Sequence record: MW464860.1 | DNA from: Enterobacter phage EC151 | DNA: 60,753 nucleotides | Direction: 5' to 3' (one strand) | Part shown: positions 37,131-45,761 of the stretch, in pieces | Layout of the letters: each line of letters opens with the position of its first letter | Position numbering within the stretch: position 1 is the stretch's first letter | Program-made: the position numbers and the translations under genes | Notes under the pieces: model-generated | The model's database searches: none | Seen by the model: only the letters and a program-made list of their open reading frames with translations | What the model was told of the DNA's origin: nothing

Positions 37131-37159
37131 AAAGGGTAGACTTGAGTCTGCCCTTTTTG
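37131..37159 (+). terminator. rho-independent terminator
   Basis: GGGTAGAC-TTGA-GTCTGCCC followed by TTTTT. Confidence 0.7.
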
Positions 37160-37191
37160 CTATACTGTTTTCAGTCAAGAGGAGATTGGAA

Positions 37192-37476
37192 ATGGCAAAA
37201 TACGTCAAACTCTGTAAAAATCCGCAACACAGCATTAAAGGCCCTCGCGGTGTTGAATGCCCGGCGTGTCTGGCGCAGAAAGGGAGGGCAACACCTCCAC
37301 AATGGTTGGAGGACGCAAGGACTGAACATGATGTTATCCTGCGTCGTATTCAAGAAGCCTTCTTCGAAGGTTTTGCTGAGTCTGATACTGGTGATTTCTC
37401 GGTGTTAGAGGCTTGGCGTCGTTCAAATGCAAAACGTGTTCACGATACTCTCAAACAACTCTGGAGTAAACAATGA
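37192..37476 (+). CDS. small zinc-ribbon protein
   Basis: ATG 7 nt after AGAGGAG. The CKNPQH...CPAC pattern is a zinc-ribbon. Confidence 0.45.
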   Translation: MAKYVKLCKNPQHSIKGPRGVECPACLAQKGRATPPQWLEDARTEHDVILRRIQEAFFEGFAESDTGDFSVLEAWRRSNAKRVHDTLKQLWSKQ

Positions 37477-37952
37477 TGATGGTAACTAAGAAAGACGATA
37501 TCCTTCGTGGTCTGAACCGCCTGGGCTTAATTACTGAAGTTAGTAAAACCAAAGTTAAGGAGTGGGAACGTATTCACGTTCACCAGCTGATTAAGCCCCG
37601 CACGAAAGAGAACTGTCCTGTTCAGCGTTATGTTTGCAAAATCAGCATTCAGAACGGTGTCCTTTATTCCTACACGTTTAAAGGTCTGCCTGACTATTAC
37701 TGCTATGCGATCAAGCTGATGCTTGAGAAGGCGGTTATCCTTAACCACATCAATTTCCTGGTGCTGGGTGTGAAAGCGTACAACGAAACGCTTCACTTAA
37801 AGGAGCGGGCTGAAGCAGAGACCAATAAGAAGCTCAAGCACAAAGCGATGCTTCATTATCATTGGGAGAAACAAAAGCTGTTTACTTCTCTGTTCACTCA
37901 GCATTATTATGGTGGCTCCGCTCCTAAAGGAAATACACGTTATGCTCTCTAA
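37473..37952 (+). CDS. hypothetical protein (159 aa)
   Basis: ORF. Confidence 0.45.
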   Translation: MMMVTKKDDILRGLNRLGLITEVSKTKVKEWERIHVHQLIKPRTKENCPVQRYVCKISIQNGVLYSYTFKGLPDYYCYAIKLMLEKAVILNHINFLVLGVKAYNETLHLKERAEAETNKKLKHKAMLHYHWEKQKLFTSLFTQHYYGGSAPKGNTRYAL

Positions 37953-38385
37953 TCCGATGAAGGAACAGACTCAGCCAGATGGTAGCTCTTGTGTTTGTAC
38001 CTGCCTGGCAATGCTCATGGACGAGCCAGCGAAAGATGTTGTCGCTAAGTACCATGACCGCTATTACGTCCACCAAAACATGGACGTTGCGGACATCTTA
38101 GCGGAGAACGCTTTTATTTTTAAGCGAGAACTGGCGGGCACGGTGCAAAGGCTGCTACCGGGAGCGGTTTATCTGCTCACTGTAGCTAGCCTTAACATCC
38201 CCGGTGGGCTCCACCAAATAGCCGTGGATTTCCGTGACGCTGCGGCTCCGCGTGTGCTGGACCCAGCGAAAGGCTATACAGGGCGTAAGTATTACACGTT
38301 TGACACGATCGAAGCCGATGAAATTCCCAACGCTTTTGTGCTTTTTAGCTGGATTGTTGATTATACAATTACCGACCGAGGTTGA
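37942..38385 (+). CDS. hypothetical protein, possible papain-like / CHAP-type cysteine peptidase
   Basis: A candidate nucleophile in SSCVCTCLAML and a downstream His (GGLHQIAVDF). It lies next to the lysis genes. Speculative. Confidence 0.3.
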   Translation: MLSNPMKEQTQPDGSSCVCTCLAMLMDEPAKDVVAKYHDRYYVHQNMDVADILAENAFIFKRELAGTVQRLLPGAVYLLTVASLNIPGGLHQIAVDFRDAAAPRVLDPAKGYTGRKYYTFDTIEADEIPNAFVLFSWIVDYTITDRG

Positions 38386-38386
38386 T

Positions 38387-38881
38387 ATGACTGCTTTGGC
38401 ATGGGATGGTAAAACACTGGCCGCTGATACGCAATATAATCAAGGAGGCCATAAAGGCTACGCTACCAAAATGGATGTCATTAATCATCCTATCATTGGT
38501 AAAATGATGGTTGCTTTATCGGGTAGCGTCCGCGGCAGTACAATAATGATGAAGCAACTTGAAACAGATACTGTAAAGCAAGTGGACGACTATGAAGTCT
38601 TGAGCGTTTACGGTATCGCTATTGATTCTGGCAAGAACGTGTACAATATCTATGGTGATGGGTACTGCGTGATTGAGCATCCAAAGAATCAATTCATGGC
38701 CAGTGGCTCCTGCTACGAGTTCCTTTACGGGGCAATGTACGCAGGGTGTAGCGCGGAACGTGCCATTGGGCTTGCGCTGGAGTACAGAACGGACGCAGGA
38801 AACGATTGTCAAACTCTCGTATGGGCCGAAGTGTTTAAGGACTACCAGAATGAAAGATTTAAAGACGATCCTCCCTACTAA
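38387..38881 (+). CDS. HslV/proteasome beta-like Ntn-hydrolase peptidase
   Basis: After Met removal the N-terminus is T-ALAWDGKTLAADTQ (compare HslV TTIVSVRRNGHVVIAGDGQ, proteasome TTIVG..DGVVLAADTR). A conserved Lys sits in KMDVINHPIIGKMMVALSGSVRGST (HslV K33...AGFAGGTADA), and there is a later SGS motif. Confidence 0.55.
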   Translation: MTALAWDGKTLAADTQYNQGGHKGYATKMDVINHPIIGKMMVALSGSVRGSTIMMKQLETDTVKQVDDYEVLSVYGIAIDSGKNVYNIYGDGYCVIEHPKNQFMASGSCYEFLYGAMYAGCSAERAIGLALEYRTDAGNDCQTLVWAEVFKDYQNERFKDDPPY

Positions 38882-39221
38882 TTTAGAAGGGTTAGCGGAA
38901 AAGCAGGTCGGCGGTTACTGGAAGTTGCCCCATAATATTTACATCACGGACGATGAAGGCGTTATTATAGCCATTATTGATAGCGCTATCGACGAAACCC
39001 TGGTTCTCTATTGGTCCGAAGAGGAACAGACATGGTTTCATTATACTAACTGCTTTGGTTTAGGAATGGGTGGCGATGATGCTAGTCGAGCTCTTATCTC
39101 TGAATGGTTTGAAACGGCTTCTGAAAGCGGTGTTGCCGTGGCTCGTAGTAATTGTGGTCATCTTCCTGACCGCGGTTTATGCGCAGCACAAATGGAATCA
39201 AAAGATTCAGGAAAGCTATAA
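38850..39221 (+). CDS. hypothetical protein (123 aa), overlapping neighbours
   Basis: ATG with an AAGGA RBS. It overlaps the 3' end of the HslV-like gene and the 5' end of Rz, so it is uncertain. Confidence 0.3.
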   Translation: MKDLKTILPTNLEGLAEKQVGGYWKLPHNIYITDDEGVIIAIIDSAIDETLVLYWSEEEQTWFHYTNCFGLGMGGDDASRALISEWFETASESGVAVARSNCGHLPDRGLCAAQMESKDSGKL

Positions 39222-39627
39222 AAACGGTGTCGCGGCTGGTAAACAGCAAGTCGCTGACGATTACGCTAACAAAGCGGCCTTGTTACGTAATAACTGGGCT
39301 ATTGATAAAGGAAAGATCGAGTATGAAGCGCAACAACGCCTTAACGCTGCGAATCGTGATGCTAAGTCTGCCCGTGATCTTGCTGACAGCTTGCAGCGAA
39401 CGATCGACAAAGTACGAAGCATCGCCAGCAACGCCGGAGTCACTGTCGGCCCTCGCACGTCAACCGGAAAAGCCGTCGATATGCTCGCCGACATGCTCAT
39501 CGAATCAAATCGTAGAGCAAACACGTATGCAGAATTCGCTGACCGAGCTTTTGAAGCAGGTCGAACCTGTGAACTCCAATACGACGCAATGAGGAATAGG
39601 ATTCTTGAACAACAAACCGCTAACTGA
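39070..39627 (+). CDS. Rz: i-spanin (Rz-like)
   Basis: N-terminal TM (LLKAVLPWLVVIVVIFLTAVYA) plus a periplasmic coiled-coil domain. It contains an embedded +1-frame lipoprotein ORF. Confidence 0.65.
   Translation: MAMMLVELLSLNGLKRLLKAVLPWLVVIVVIFLTAVYAQHKWNQKIQESYKNGVAAGKQQVADDYANKAALLRNNWAIDKGKIEYEAQQRLNAANRDAKSARDLADSLQRTIDKVRSIASNAGVTVGPRTSTGKAVDMLADMLIESNRRANTYAEFADRAFEAGRTCELQYDAMRNRILEQQTAN
39323..39592 (+). CDS. Rz1: o-spanin (Rz1-like lipoprotein) embedded in Rz
   Basis: ATG with an AGGAAAG RBS. Signal peptide with lipobox LLTAC, and a Pro-rich mature part (ASPATPESLSALARQPEKPS). It lies entirely inside Rz in the +1 frame. Confidence 0.65.
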   Translation: MKRNNALTLRIVMLSLPVILLTACSERSTKYEASPATPESLSALARQPEKPSICSPTCSSNQIVEQTRMQNSLTELLKQVEPVNSNTTQ

Positions 39628-39817
39628 TCGCCAGTTATTCAAACAAGCTGAGCTAATCGGCCGGGTTCCGGAGTTTGAAAAGTATCGTACTCAGTTACTT
39701 GAAATGATGGACTCGGCGCTTGATGAAGGTCAAGAAGACTACGCCGCATTTCTGTTTGCTTTTGCCGCAGTAGCTAACGAAGTGCAGCGACGCAAAACCC
39801 GCCCTAAACAGCATTAA
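39605..39817 (+). CDS. hypothetical protein (70 aa)
   Basis: ORF. Confidence 0.4.
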   Translation: MNNKPLTDRQLFKQAELIGRVPEFEKYRTQLLEMMDSALDEGQEDYAAFLFAFAAVANEVQRRKTRPKQH

Positions 39818-39876
39818 TTGACCACATCAAACTAATCATGTAGCCTTACTTCGTCATTAACAGAGGAGTAGGGCTC

Positions 39877-40314
39877 ATGTCAGCTATCCCGCGTGGTATC
39901 CGAAACAATAACCCCGGAAACATTCGCTGGTCTAACGATCAGTGGAAGGGGCTTATACCGAAAGACCAAGCGTCTGATAAAGCGTTTTGTGTTTTCCGTT
40001 CGCCTGAGTATGGTATTCGTGCCATGGCTCGCATTCTGCGCAAATATACATCATATAAAGGTATGCCTGGTGTAGGTAAACCGAATATCGATACCGTTCG
40101 CGAAATTATTAGTCGCTGGGCTCCAGCAGTCGAGAACGATACCGAGGCTTATATTCAGAGTGTAGCGAGTAAGCTGGGCACTACGGCCAACGCTCCCATT
40201 GACGTGTACGATAATGCTATTATGTTAAAGTTACTGAAGGCAATTATCACGCACGAGAACGGTCAGCAGCCATACAGTGACGTCCAGATTATGAGCGGCA
40301 TCAACTTAGCATAA
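39877..40314 (+). CDS. hypothetical protein (145 aa) with an IRNNNPGNIR motif, possibly a cell-wall hydrolase
   Basis: ORF with a GGAG RBS. It sits between the spanins and a holin-like gene, and no other endolysin is recognisable. The assignment is speculative. Confidence 0.35.
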   Translation: MSAIPRGIRNNNPGNIRWSNDQWKGLIPKDQASDKAFCVFRSPEYGIRAMARILRKYTSYKGMPGVGKPNIDTVREIISRWAPAVENDTEAYIQSVASKLGTTANAPIDVYDNAIMLKLLKAIITHENGQQPYSDVQIMSGINLA

Positions 40315-40326
40315 GGAAAAACCCAA

Positions 40327-40674
40327 ATGCTTTTTTCGCCTGACCCGAAGTGGGATTGGTTGAAGATACTTTTCTTCACCGTCCTTGCATTTTTAGGCGG
40401 TTCTCTGGGCTACACAATGCGAACGCTCGATGCAAACGAGAAACTCGTCTGGTGGCGTGTAATGCTCGAAGGCTTCAGTGCGGTATTTTTCGCGGTCATC
40501 ACAGGGTTGATATGTATGGAGCGCGGAGTGTCCTTTGGCTGGGCTAGCGCCTTGATCGGCGCAACGTCCTGGATAGGCTCACGTGCAACATTCATTATCG
40601 TCCGGTCGGTGGCTTTTAAGAAGTTTGGCATAGAGCCGGAGAAACGTAATGAAACATCTAATTCAGGAGATTAG
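40327..40674 (+). CDS. holin-like membrane protein (3 predicted TM)
   Basis: 115 aa with three hydrophobic helices and a charged C-terminus, in the lysis region. Confidence 0.45.
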   Translation: MLFSPDPKWDWLKILFFTVLAFLGGSLGYTMRTLDANEKLVWWRVMLEGFSAVFFAVITGLICMERGVSFGWASALIGATSWIGSRATFIIVRSVAFKKFGIEPEKRNETSNSGD

Positions 40675-40960
40675 GGACTTGTTTCAGCGACCGCGGTTGT
40701 TGATACAATACTTAATCTTGAACTTTTTCCTGATTTCTGTAGGTGTTGCTGCCGTTGTTTTTACTAAGAAGGAGATGATTTTAGAGCATTCGAGAGAACA
40801 GAGCGAACAGATACTGAATGTGAGTCGCAAGCTGGACGGTGTTGACCTTCCGCGCAACGTTGAAAAAGATATTAATCACCTTCAACAGAACGCAGAACAG
40901 ACTCTAAAACAGGACAATCAATCTGAACTCCCAAAGACTCCCGCCAGTTCGACAAAGTAG
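40649..40960 (+). CDS. membrane-anchored coiled-coil protein (103 aa), possible antiholin or lysis accessory
   Basis: An N-terminal TM (LILNFFLISVGVAAVVF) followed by a coiled coil. Confidence 0.4.
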   Translation: MKHLIQEIRDLFQRPRLLIQYLILNFFLISVGVAAVVFTKKEMILEHSREQSEQILNVSRKLDGVDLPRNVEKDINHLQQNAEQTLKQDNQSELPKTPASSTK

Positions 40961-41039
40961 TCTAGGACTGGCTGCTTCACTATCCTCTTGCGTTTCGCTC
41001 ATGCCGCCGTTATAGTTCAGGAAAACTTATGGAGGCGGT

Positions 41040-41612
41040 ATGAGCGACGCATCACAACACGTACCTGACTGGACAGCCTATATGGAACGGGCTCGATCCC
41101 TTTCCCAGGATGAAATGAATATTCGCGAGCAGGTAGTTCGTGAGTATTTATATGACCATAGCTGGACCAAGGCTTGTCTGCGTTGCGGCTTCCGACCTGA
41201 GTTCGCAGCGGACAACGCTGAGCGTTTTTCTAAAGATCCCTATTGCCTCTGGCGTGTGAAAGAAATCGCTCGCGAGAAAGGCTTAAACCCTGATCCTGTA
41301 CAAAAGGCAAAAGACCTTGAGCAGGATAAAGTTGACATTATCAACGCCCTGAAGAAAGAAGCGCATTACTACGGCCCCGGAAGCTCGCAGGCGGCGCGTG
41401 TTAGTGCCCTGGGTAAACTTGCACAGCTTATGGGAATGGAACCGCCGAAAGCAGTTAAGGCGGAGGTCGTTGCTAAAGGTGTGATGGTGGTCCCAGGTAT
41501 TGCTAATACTGACGATTGGGAACGAATCGCGCAGGAACAGCAAGAACAACTCCAGGACGACACGATGTCAGCTATTGCCCGTGGAGATACAGGTGACGGC
41601 ACAATCCATTAA
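41040..41612 (+). CDS. terminase small subunit
   Basis: Terminase_2-like pattern (VVREYLYDHSWTKACLRCGF...AADNAERFSKDPYCLWRVKEI), directly upstream of TerL. Confidence 0.65.
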   Translation: MSDASQHVPDWTAYMERARSLSQDEMNIREQVVREYLYDHSWTKACLRCGFRPEFAADNAERFSKDPYCLWRVKEIAREKGLNPDPVQKAKDLEQDKVDIINALKKEAHYYGPGSSQAARVSALGKLAQLMGMEPPKAVKAEVVAKGVMVVPGIANTDDWERIAQEQQEQLQDDTMSAIARGDTGDGTIH

Positions 41613-43131
41613 AGAACGCCCAAAGGTCGTATGGCGTCCACACAAAGGGTCACAGACGTTGGCCCTTTCGTGCCCTGCGGATATTATAATCTATCACGGC
41701 ACACGTGGCCCAGGTAAAACCGATGCCCAGTTGATGCGTTTCCGCCAGAACGTTGGTAAGGGTTACGGCAAATACTGGAAAGGTATTATTTTTGACCGTG
41801 AATATAAAAACCTCGACGACCTTGTAACCAAATCTCAACGTTGGTTCCCTGAGTTCGGTGATGGGTGTAAATTCCTTTCTTCCAAATCAGATTATAAATG
41901 GGTCTGGCCTACAGGTGAAGAACTCCTGTTCCGTGTTGCTGCTAAACCAGAAGACTACTGGTCATATCACGGACACGAATATCCGTTTATCGGTTGGAAC
42001 GAATTAACCAAGTATCCTAACGGGCTCGTATTTGATGCGATGATGTCCTGTAACCGCTCCTCATTCCTGCCGGAAGATCATCCGCAGTATGACGCAGACG
42101 GTAACATGTATCTTATACCGAACATACCGTTAGAAGTATTTGCGACCACTAACCCGTTCGGTGTGGGTCATAACTGGGTTAAGAAGCGTTTCATTGATCC
42201 TTCTCGTATGGGTCAGATTGTTAAAACTGAAATGACGGTATTTGACCCACGGACGCAGAAAGATATTGTGGTTACAACATCGCAATGTCACATCTACGGT
42301 TCGTATCGTGAAAACAGAAACCTCGACCCTAAATACATTGCTAAACTAATGGCAGAAACGGACCCTAACAAACGAGCGGCATGGCTCGGAGGTTCGTGGG
42401 ATATTACTTCTGGTGGTATGTTTGATGACCTTTGGCAATCTCGTTACCACATTGTTTCGCGCTTTGATATTCCTAGAAGCTGGAAGATCACTCGCTCGTT
42501 TGACTGGGGTTCATCCAAACCGTTTTCAGTCGGTTGGTGGGCTGTTAGCGACGGAACGGACTTTGTGGACGCTCGCGGAGTAACGCGCCGTACTGTTAGG
42601 GGCGACCTTTTCCGCATAGGGGAGTGGTACGGTACCAACGGCAAGCCGAATGAAGGTTTGCGTATGATGGATAAGGAAATCGCTCGCGGTATTACTCAGC
42701 GTGAACTGCTTATGGGTATTCATGAGCGTGTTGTACCAGGTCCTGCGGATAACTCGATTTGGGATTTGGAAAACAACAACTCAACGGCTGCTAAGATGAT
42801 GGAGAAAATTACCATCAACGGGAAGGTTTACAAAGGCGTTCACTGGAAGCGTTCTGATAAGTCATCAGGCTCTCGTAAACGCGGCTGGCAGAAGATGCGA
42901 GAATTTTTTGCTGGTAGTATTCCTGAGCCTGGCTTACCACGTGAGAATCCTGGTATATTTGTTTTTGAAAATTGCAAACACTTTATTGATCTGGTGCCGA
43001 GCCTGCCCCGAGATGAAACGGACCAGGATGATGTAGATACTGAGTCTGAAGACCACATGGGCGATGAAGTTCGTTATATGGTTCTCGATCAAGCCGTCTA
43101 CAGTGGCGTTAAACCAACTCAAGGAACATGA
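41593..43131 (+). CDS. terminase large subunit
   Basis: Walker A HGTRGPGKT, and a nuclease C-terminal domain. The likely GTG start at 41593 has GGAG 6 nt upstream. The first in-frame ATG at 41500 would overlap TerS by 113 nt. Confidence 0.85.
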   Translation: MTAQSIKERPKVVWRPHKGSQTLALSCPADIIIYHGTRGPGKTDAQLMRFRQNVGKGYGKYWKGIIFDREYKNLDDLVTKSQRWFPEFGDGCKFLSSKSDYKWVWPTGEELLFRVAAKPEDYWSYHGHEYPFIGWNELTKYPNGLVFDAMMSCNRSSFLPEDHPQYDADGNMYLIPNIPLEVFATTNPFGVGHNWVKKRFIDPSRMGQIVKTEMTVFDPRTQKDIVVTTSQCHIYGSYRENRNLDPKYIAKLMAETDPNKRAAWLGGSWDITSGGMFDDLWQSRYHIVSRFDIPRSWKITRSFDWGSSKPFSVGWWAVSDGTDFVDARGVTRRTVRGDLFRIGEWYGTNGKPNEGLRMMDKEIARGITQRELLMGIHERVVPGPADNSIWDLENNNSTAAKMMEKITINGKVYKGVHWKRSDKSSGSRKRGWQKMREFFAGSIPEPGLPRENPGIFVFENCKHFIDLVPSLPRDETDQDDVDTESEDHMGDEVRYMVLDQAVYSGVKPTQGT

Positions 43132-44684
43132 TTATGGGTATGTCTGCGGTTCACCCGCTTTTCGAGAAGTACAACAAGATCTGGGAAAAACTAGATCATG
43201 TTTTCGAAGGGCAAGAGAAAATCAAAGAGGAGGGTATAAAATATCTTCCTTACTTGCCCTCCATGGTTCTCGATGGTGTCGAGTCTCCTGAAGCGCTTGG
43301 CTTTAAGAAGTACGAGCAATATATTCTTCGTGCTAACTTCCCAGACGACTTCGCTGAAGCCATTCGTAACAACCATGGTCTGCTTTGGAGCAAACCAGCA
43401 ACCATTCAACTGCCTCCTGAAATGGAGTATATGAATGATAAAGCTACTCGCGACGGTTTACCACTCATAGCGTTGCTGTCCATGATTAACGAAATGCAAC
43501 TCCGTAACGGGCGCGTCGGCATCCTACTCGATATGGACTCTACGCCCAGTCCGGAGAATAAGCCGTTTATCAGTTTGTACTTTGCCCGTAACATTCGGAA
43601 CTGGGACAAAGCGGACGGCGGCGAACAGGTAGATCGTGATAGCTTGAACATGGTTGTACTTGACGAATCGAAAGTGGTCCGCAATGGTAAGTTTGACTGG
43701 AAAGAACAAACTCGATACCGCATTCTAAGTCTTGGTACAATGGACAATGACGATAAAGCGGGTGAAGCGACGTACTCGCAAGGCTTGTTCATTGATAAAG
43801 AAGATTTCGACGAAAGCAAAATGCTCATACCTGTTTACCATGGTGAGCCGTTGAAAGAAATTCCATTTATTGCTATTAACGCCAGTGACTGCTTGATTGA
43901 TCCTGATGTGCCTCCTTTCTTGGGACTGGCTAACCTTTGTTTGTCAATGTACATTAGTGACGCAGACTATCGCCAGCATTTGTTTATGCAGAGCCAGGAT
44001 ACTCTGGTTCGTATTGGTGCAATGGGTAGCGGAGAAGATGGGACCAAGGAAGGGCAAGCTCCGACTCGTGTTGGTGCTGGCGCTGTCATGGATGTTGCAA
44101 TGGGTGGCGACGTTAAATATGTTGGCGTTGAATCCCAGGGCCTGGCTGAAGAGCGTTTGGCTATCGCTAATGATAAAGCCGAAGCTCAGCTGAAAGCAGG
44201 TCAGATGGTTAACAACACCAAAGGTTCGCAGGAGTCTGGCGAAGCGTTGCGTACACGTATTGGGGCGCGTACTGCGAGCCTTGTACAACTGGCCAAAACA
44301 GGAGCAAGCGGCCTTGAAATGCTGCTGAAGATCTGCGCTAAATGGATGGGCGCTGATCCTTCTTTAGTTAAGGTTCAACCTAACCTGGACTTCTCCAAAG
44401 CTCTGTTTAGTGGGCAGAACTTAGTTCAGACCATGGCAGCTCGTCAGCTGGGCGCACCTGTAGCACTGAAAACAATTCATGAATATTTGACCGATCAGGG
44501 CTTGACTAAACTGACGTTTGAAGAAGAAATGGAAATGATGAAGAACGAGTTTGACAAGTATCCGTTCCTCATGGAAATGTTGCAACAGGGTAAGGCAGAT
44601 CAAAACCCTCAGCAACAGGCACAAGGTAAGGACGTGAACACAGGTGGAGCTAAACAGCAATCACAGAAAGGTGCTGGACAGTAA
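43128..44684 (+). CDS. portal protein
   Basis: 518 aa, ATGA overlap with TerL, canonical position, acidic Gln-rich C-terminus. Confidence 0.75.
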   Translation: MIMGMSAVHPLFEKYNKIWEKLDHVFEGQEKIKEEGIKYLPYLPSMVLDGVESPEALGFKKYEQYILRANFPDDFAEAIRNNHGLLWSKPATIQLPPEMEYMNDKATRDGLPLIALLSMINEMQLRNGRVGILLDMDSTPSPENKPFISLYFARNIRNWDKADGGEQVDRDSLNMVVLDESKVVRNGKFDWKEQTRYRILSLGTMDNDDKAGEATYSQGLFIDKEDFDESKMLIPVYHGEPLKEIPFIAINASDCLIDPDVPPFLGLANLCLSMYISDADYRQHLFMQSQDTLVRIGAMGSGEDGTKEGQAPTRVGAGAVMDVAMGGDVKYVGVESQGLAEERLAIANDKAEAQLKAGQMVNNTKGSQESGEALRTRIGARTASLVQLAKTGASGLEMLLKICAKWMGADPSLVKVQPNLDFSKALFSGQNLVQTMAARQLGAPVALKTIHEYLTDQGLTKLTFEEEMEMMKNEFDKYPFLMEMLQQGKADQNPQQQAQGKDVNTGGAKQQSQKGAGQ

Positions 44685-44708
44685 CAAACCTGATATTATA
44701 TAGTCTAA

Positions 44709-44735
44709 GCGTCCAATGTCGGACGCTTATTTTTT
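44709..44735 (+). terminator. rho-independent terminator
   Basis: GCGTCC-AATGTC-GGACGC followed by TTATTTTTT. Confidence 0.75.
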
Positions 44736-44759
44736 GTTGCATGGGCAACAGGAGAAATC

Positions 44760-45638
44760 ATGAAACAGAACCTTATCACCCTCGCTATGTTCCCTTTTGG
44801 TATGCCGGTAGTCCGTCTTGGTGACGGTAATACGCAACTCGAGCTGAGCTACGATAGCGCCGATGACATCCCAGCAGGTATGGAAAGCCTCTACACTGAA
44901 AAGGACGGCAAACAAGTCCTCACTGGTGTTAAGGGTATGAAAACCCAGGCCGACATCGATCGCCTTCAAACTGCGCTGACAAAAGAGCGTAACGATCACA
45001 AAACCGTACGGACTCAGCTTTCCTCTTTGTCCACCTACGGCACCATTGAAGAGATCACGGCTAACCTGGACCGCATCCCCGAGCTCGAAGCTAAGCAGGG
45101 CAAGGGCGACCCAGCGGACATTGAAAAAATCGTTACAGCGCGTCTGGCCCCGGTGCAACGCAAGCTCGATGAAGCCCTGACTACCATCTCTGAGAAGGAT
45201 AAAGAGATCGGCGGCTATAAGGGTGAAAAAACCAAAGCCACGATTGCTGAAACGGTTCGTAAGGCTGCAAAAGGCCTGAAAATCCGCGAGTCTGCTATCG
45301 AAGATGCGATCATGTTTGGTGAACGTGTGCTGACCATCGATGAAAGCGGTAATGTGGTCACTAAGGAAAACTCCGGCGTTACCCCGTTCGCTACTGCTGA
45401 AGATATGCTTCGTGACATTCTTCCTACTCGCCAGCACTGGCTGGAAGATTCGTTCGGTGGTGGTTCACAGGGCGGCAAAGGCGGTCAGTTCTCCGGCACC
45501 GACCCTTACTCGCATGATGGTTGGTCTATTACCGAGCAGATGAAGCTGATGAAGTCTGATCCTGCTAAAGCGAAGAAACTGGCTGAACGTAACGGTGTTG
45601 ACCCGTTAAAACCAACTAAGCCAGCGAAAAAATCCTAA
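44760..45638 (+). CDS. scaffolding protein
   Basis: 292-aa charged coiled-coil protein between portal and capsid. Confidence 0.55.
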   Translation: MKQNLITLAMFPFGMPVVRLGDGNTQLELSYDSADDIPAGMESLYTEKDGKQVLTGVKGMKTQADIDRLQTALTKERNDHKTVRTQLSSLSTYGTIEEITANLDRIPELEAKQGKGDPADIEKIVTARLAPVQRKLDEALTTISEKDKEIGGYKGEKTKATIAETVRKAAKGLKIRESAIEDAIMFGERVLTIDESGNVVTKENSGVTPFATAEDMLRDILPTRQHWLEDSFGGGSQGGKGGQFSGTDPYSHDGWSITEQMKLMKSDPAKAKKLAERNGVDPLKPTKPAKKS

Positions 45639-45761
45639 ATGATATTGACCGTGCTTCTTGAATACGCTAATTTTGCCTCATGAAGCATGGTCTTCACTCA
45701 TTTAGGCCTTCCATGGGGAAAGGTCTTAGAAAAATAAAACCTTTCCTTCGTGGAGAAGAAT

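Noticed and set aside
37137-37166. sigma70 promoter TAGACT-N18-TATACT after the terminator at 37131
   Set aside because: The -35 is poor, and it overlaps the terminator stem. Not convincing without start-site data.
41500-41592. ATG at 41500 as the TerL start
   Set aside because: It would overlap TerS by 113 nt. The GTG at 41593 with a GGAG RBS gives the usual short overlap.
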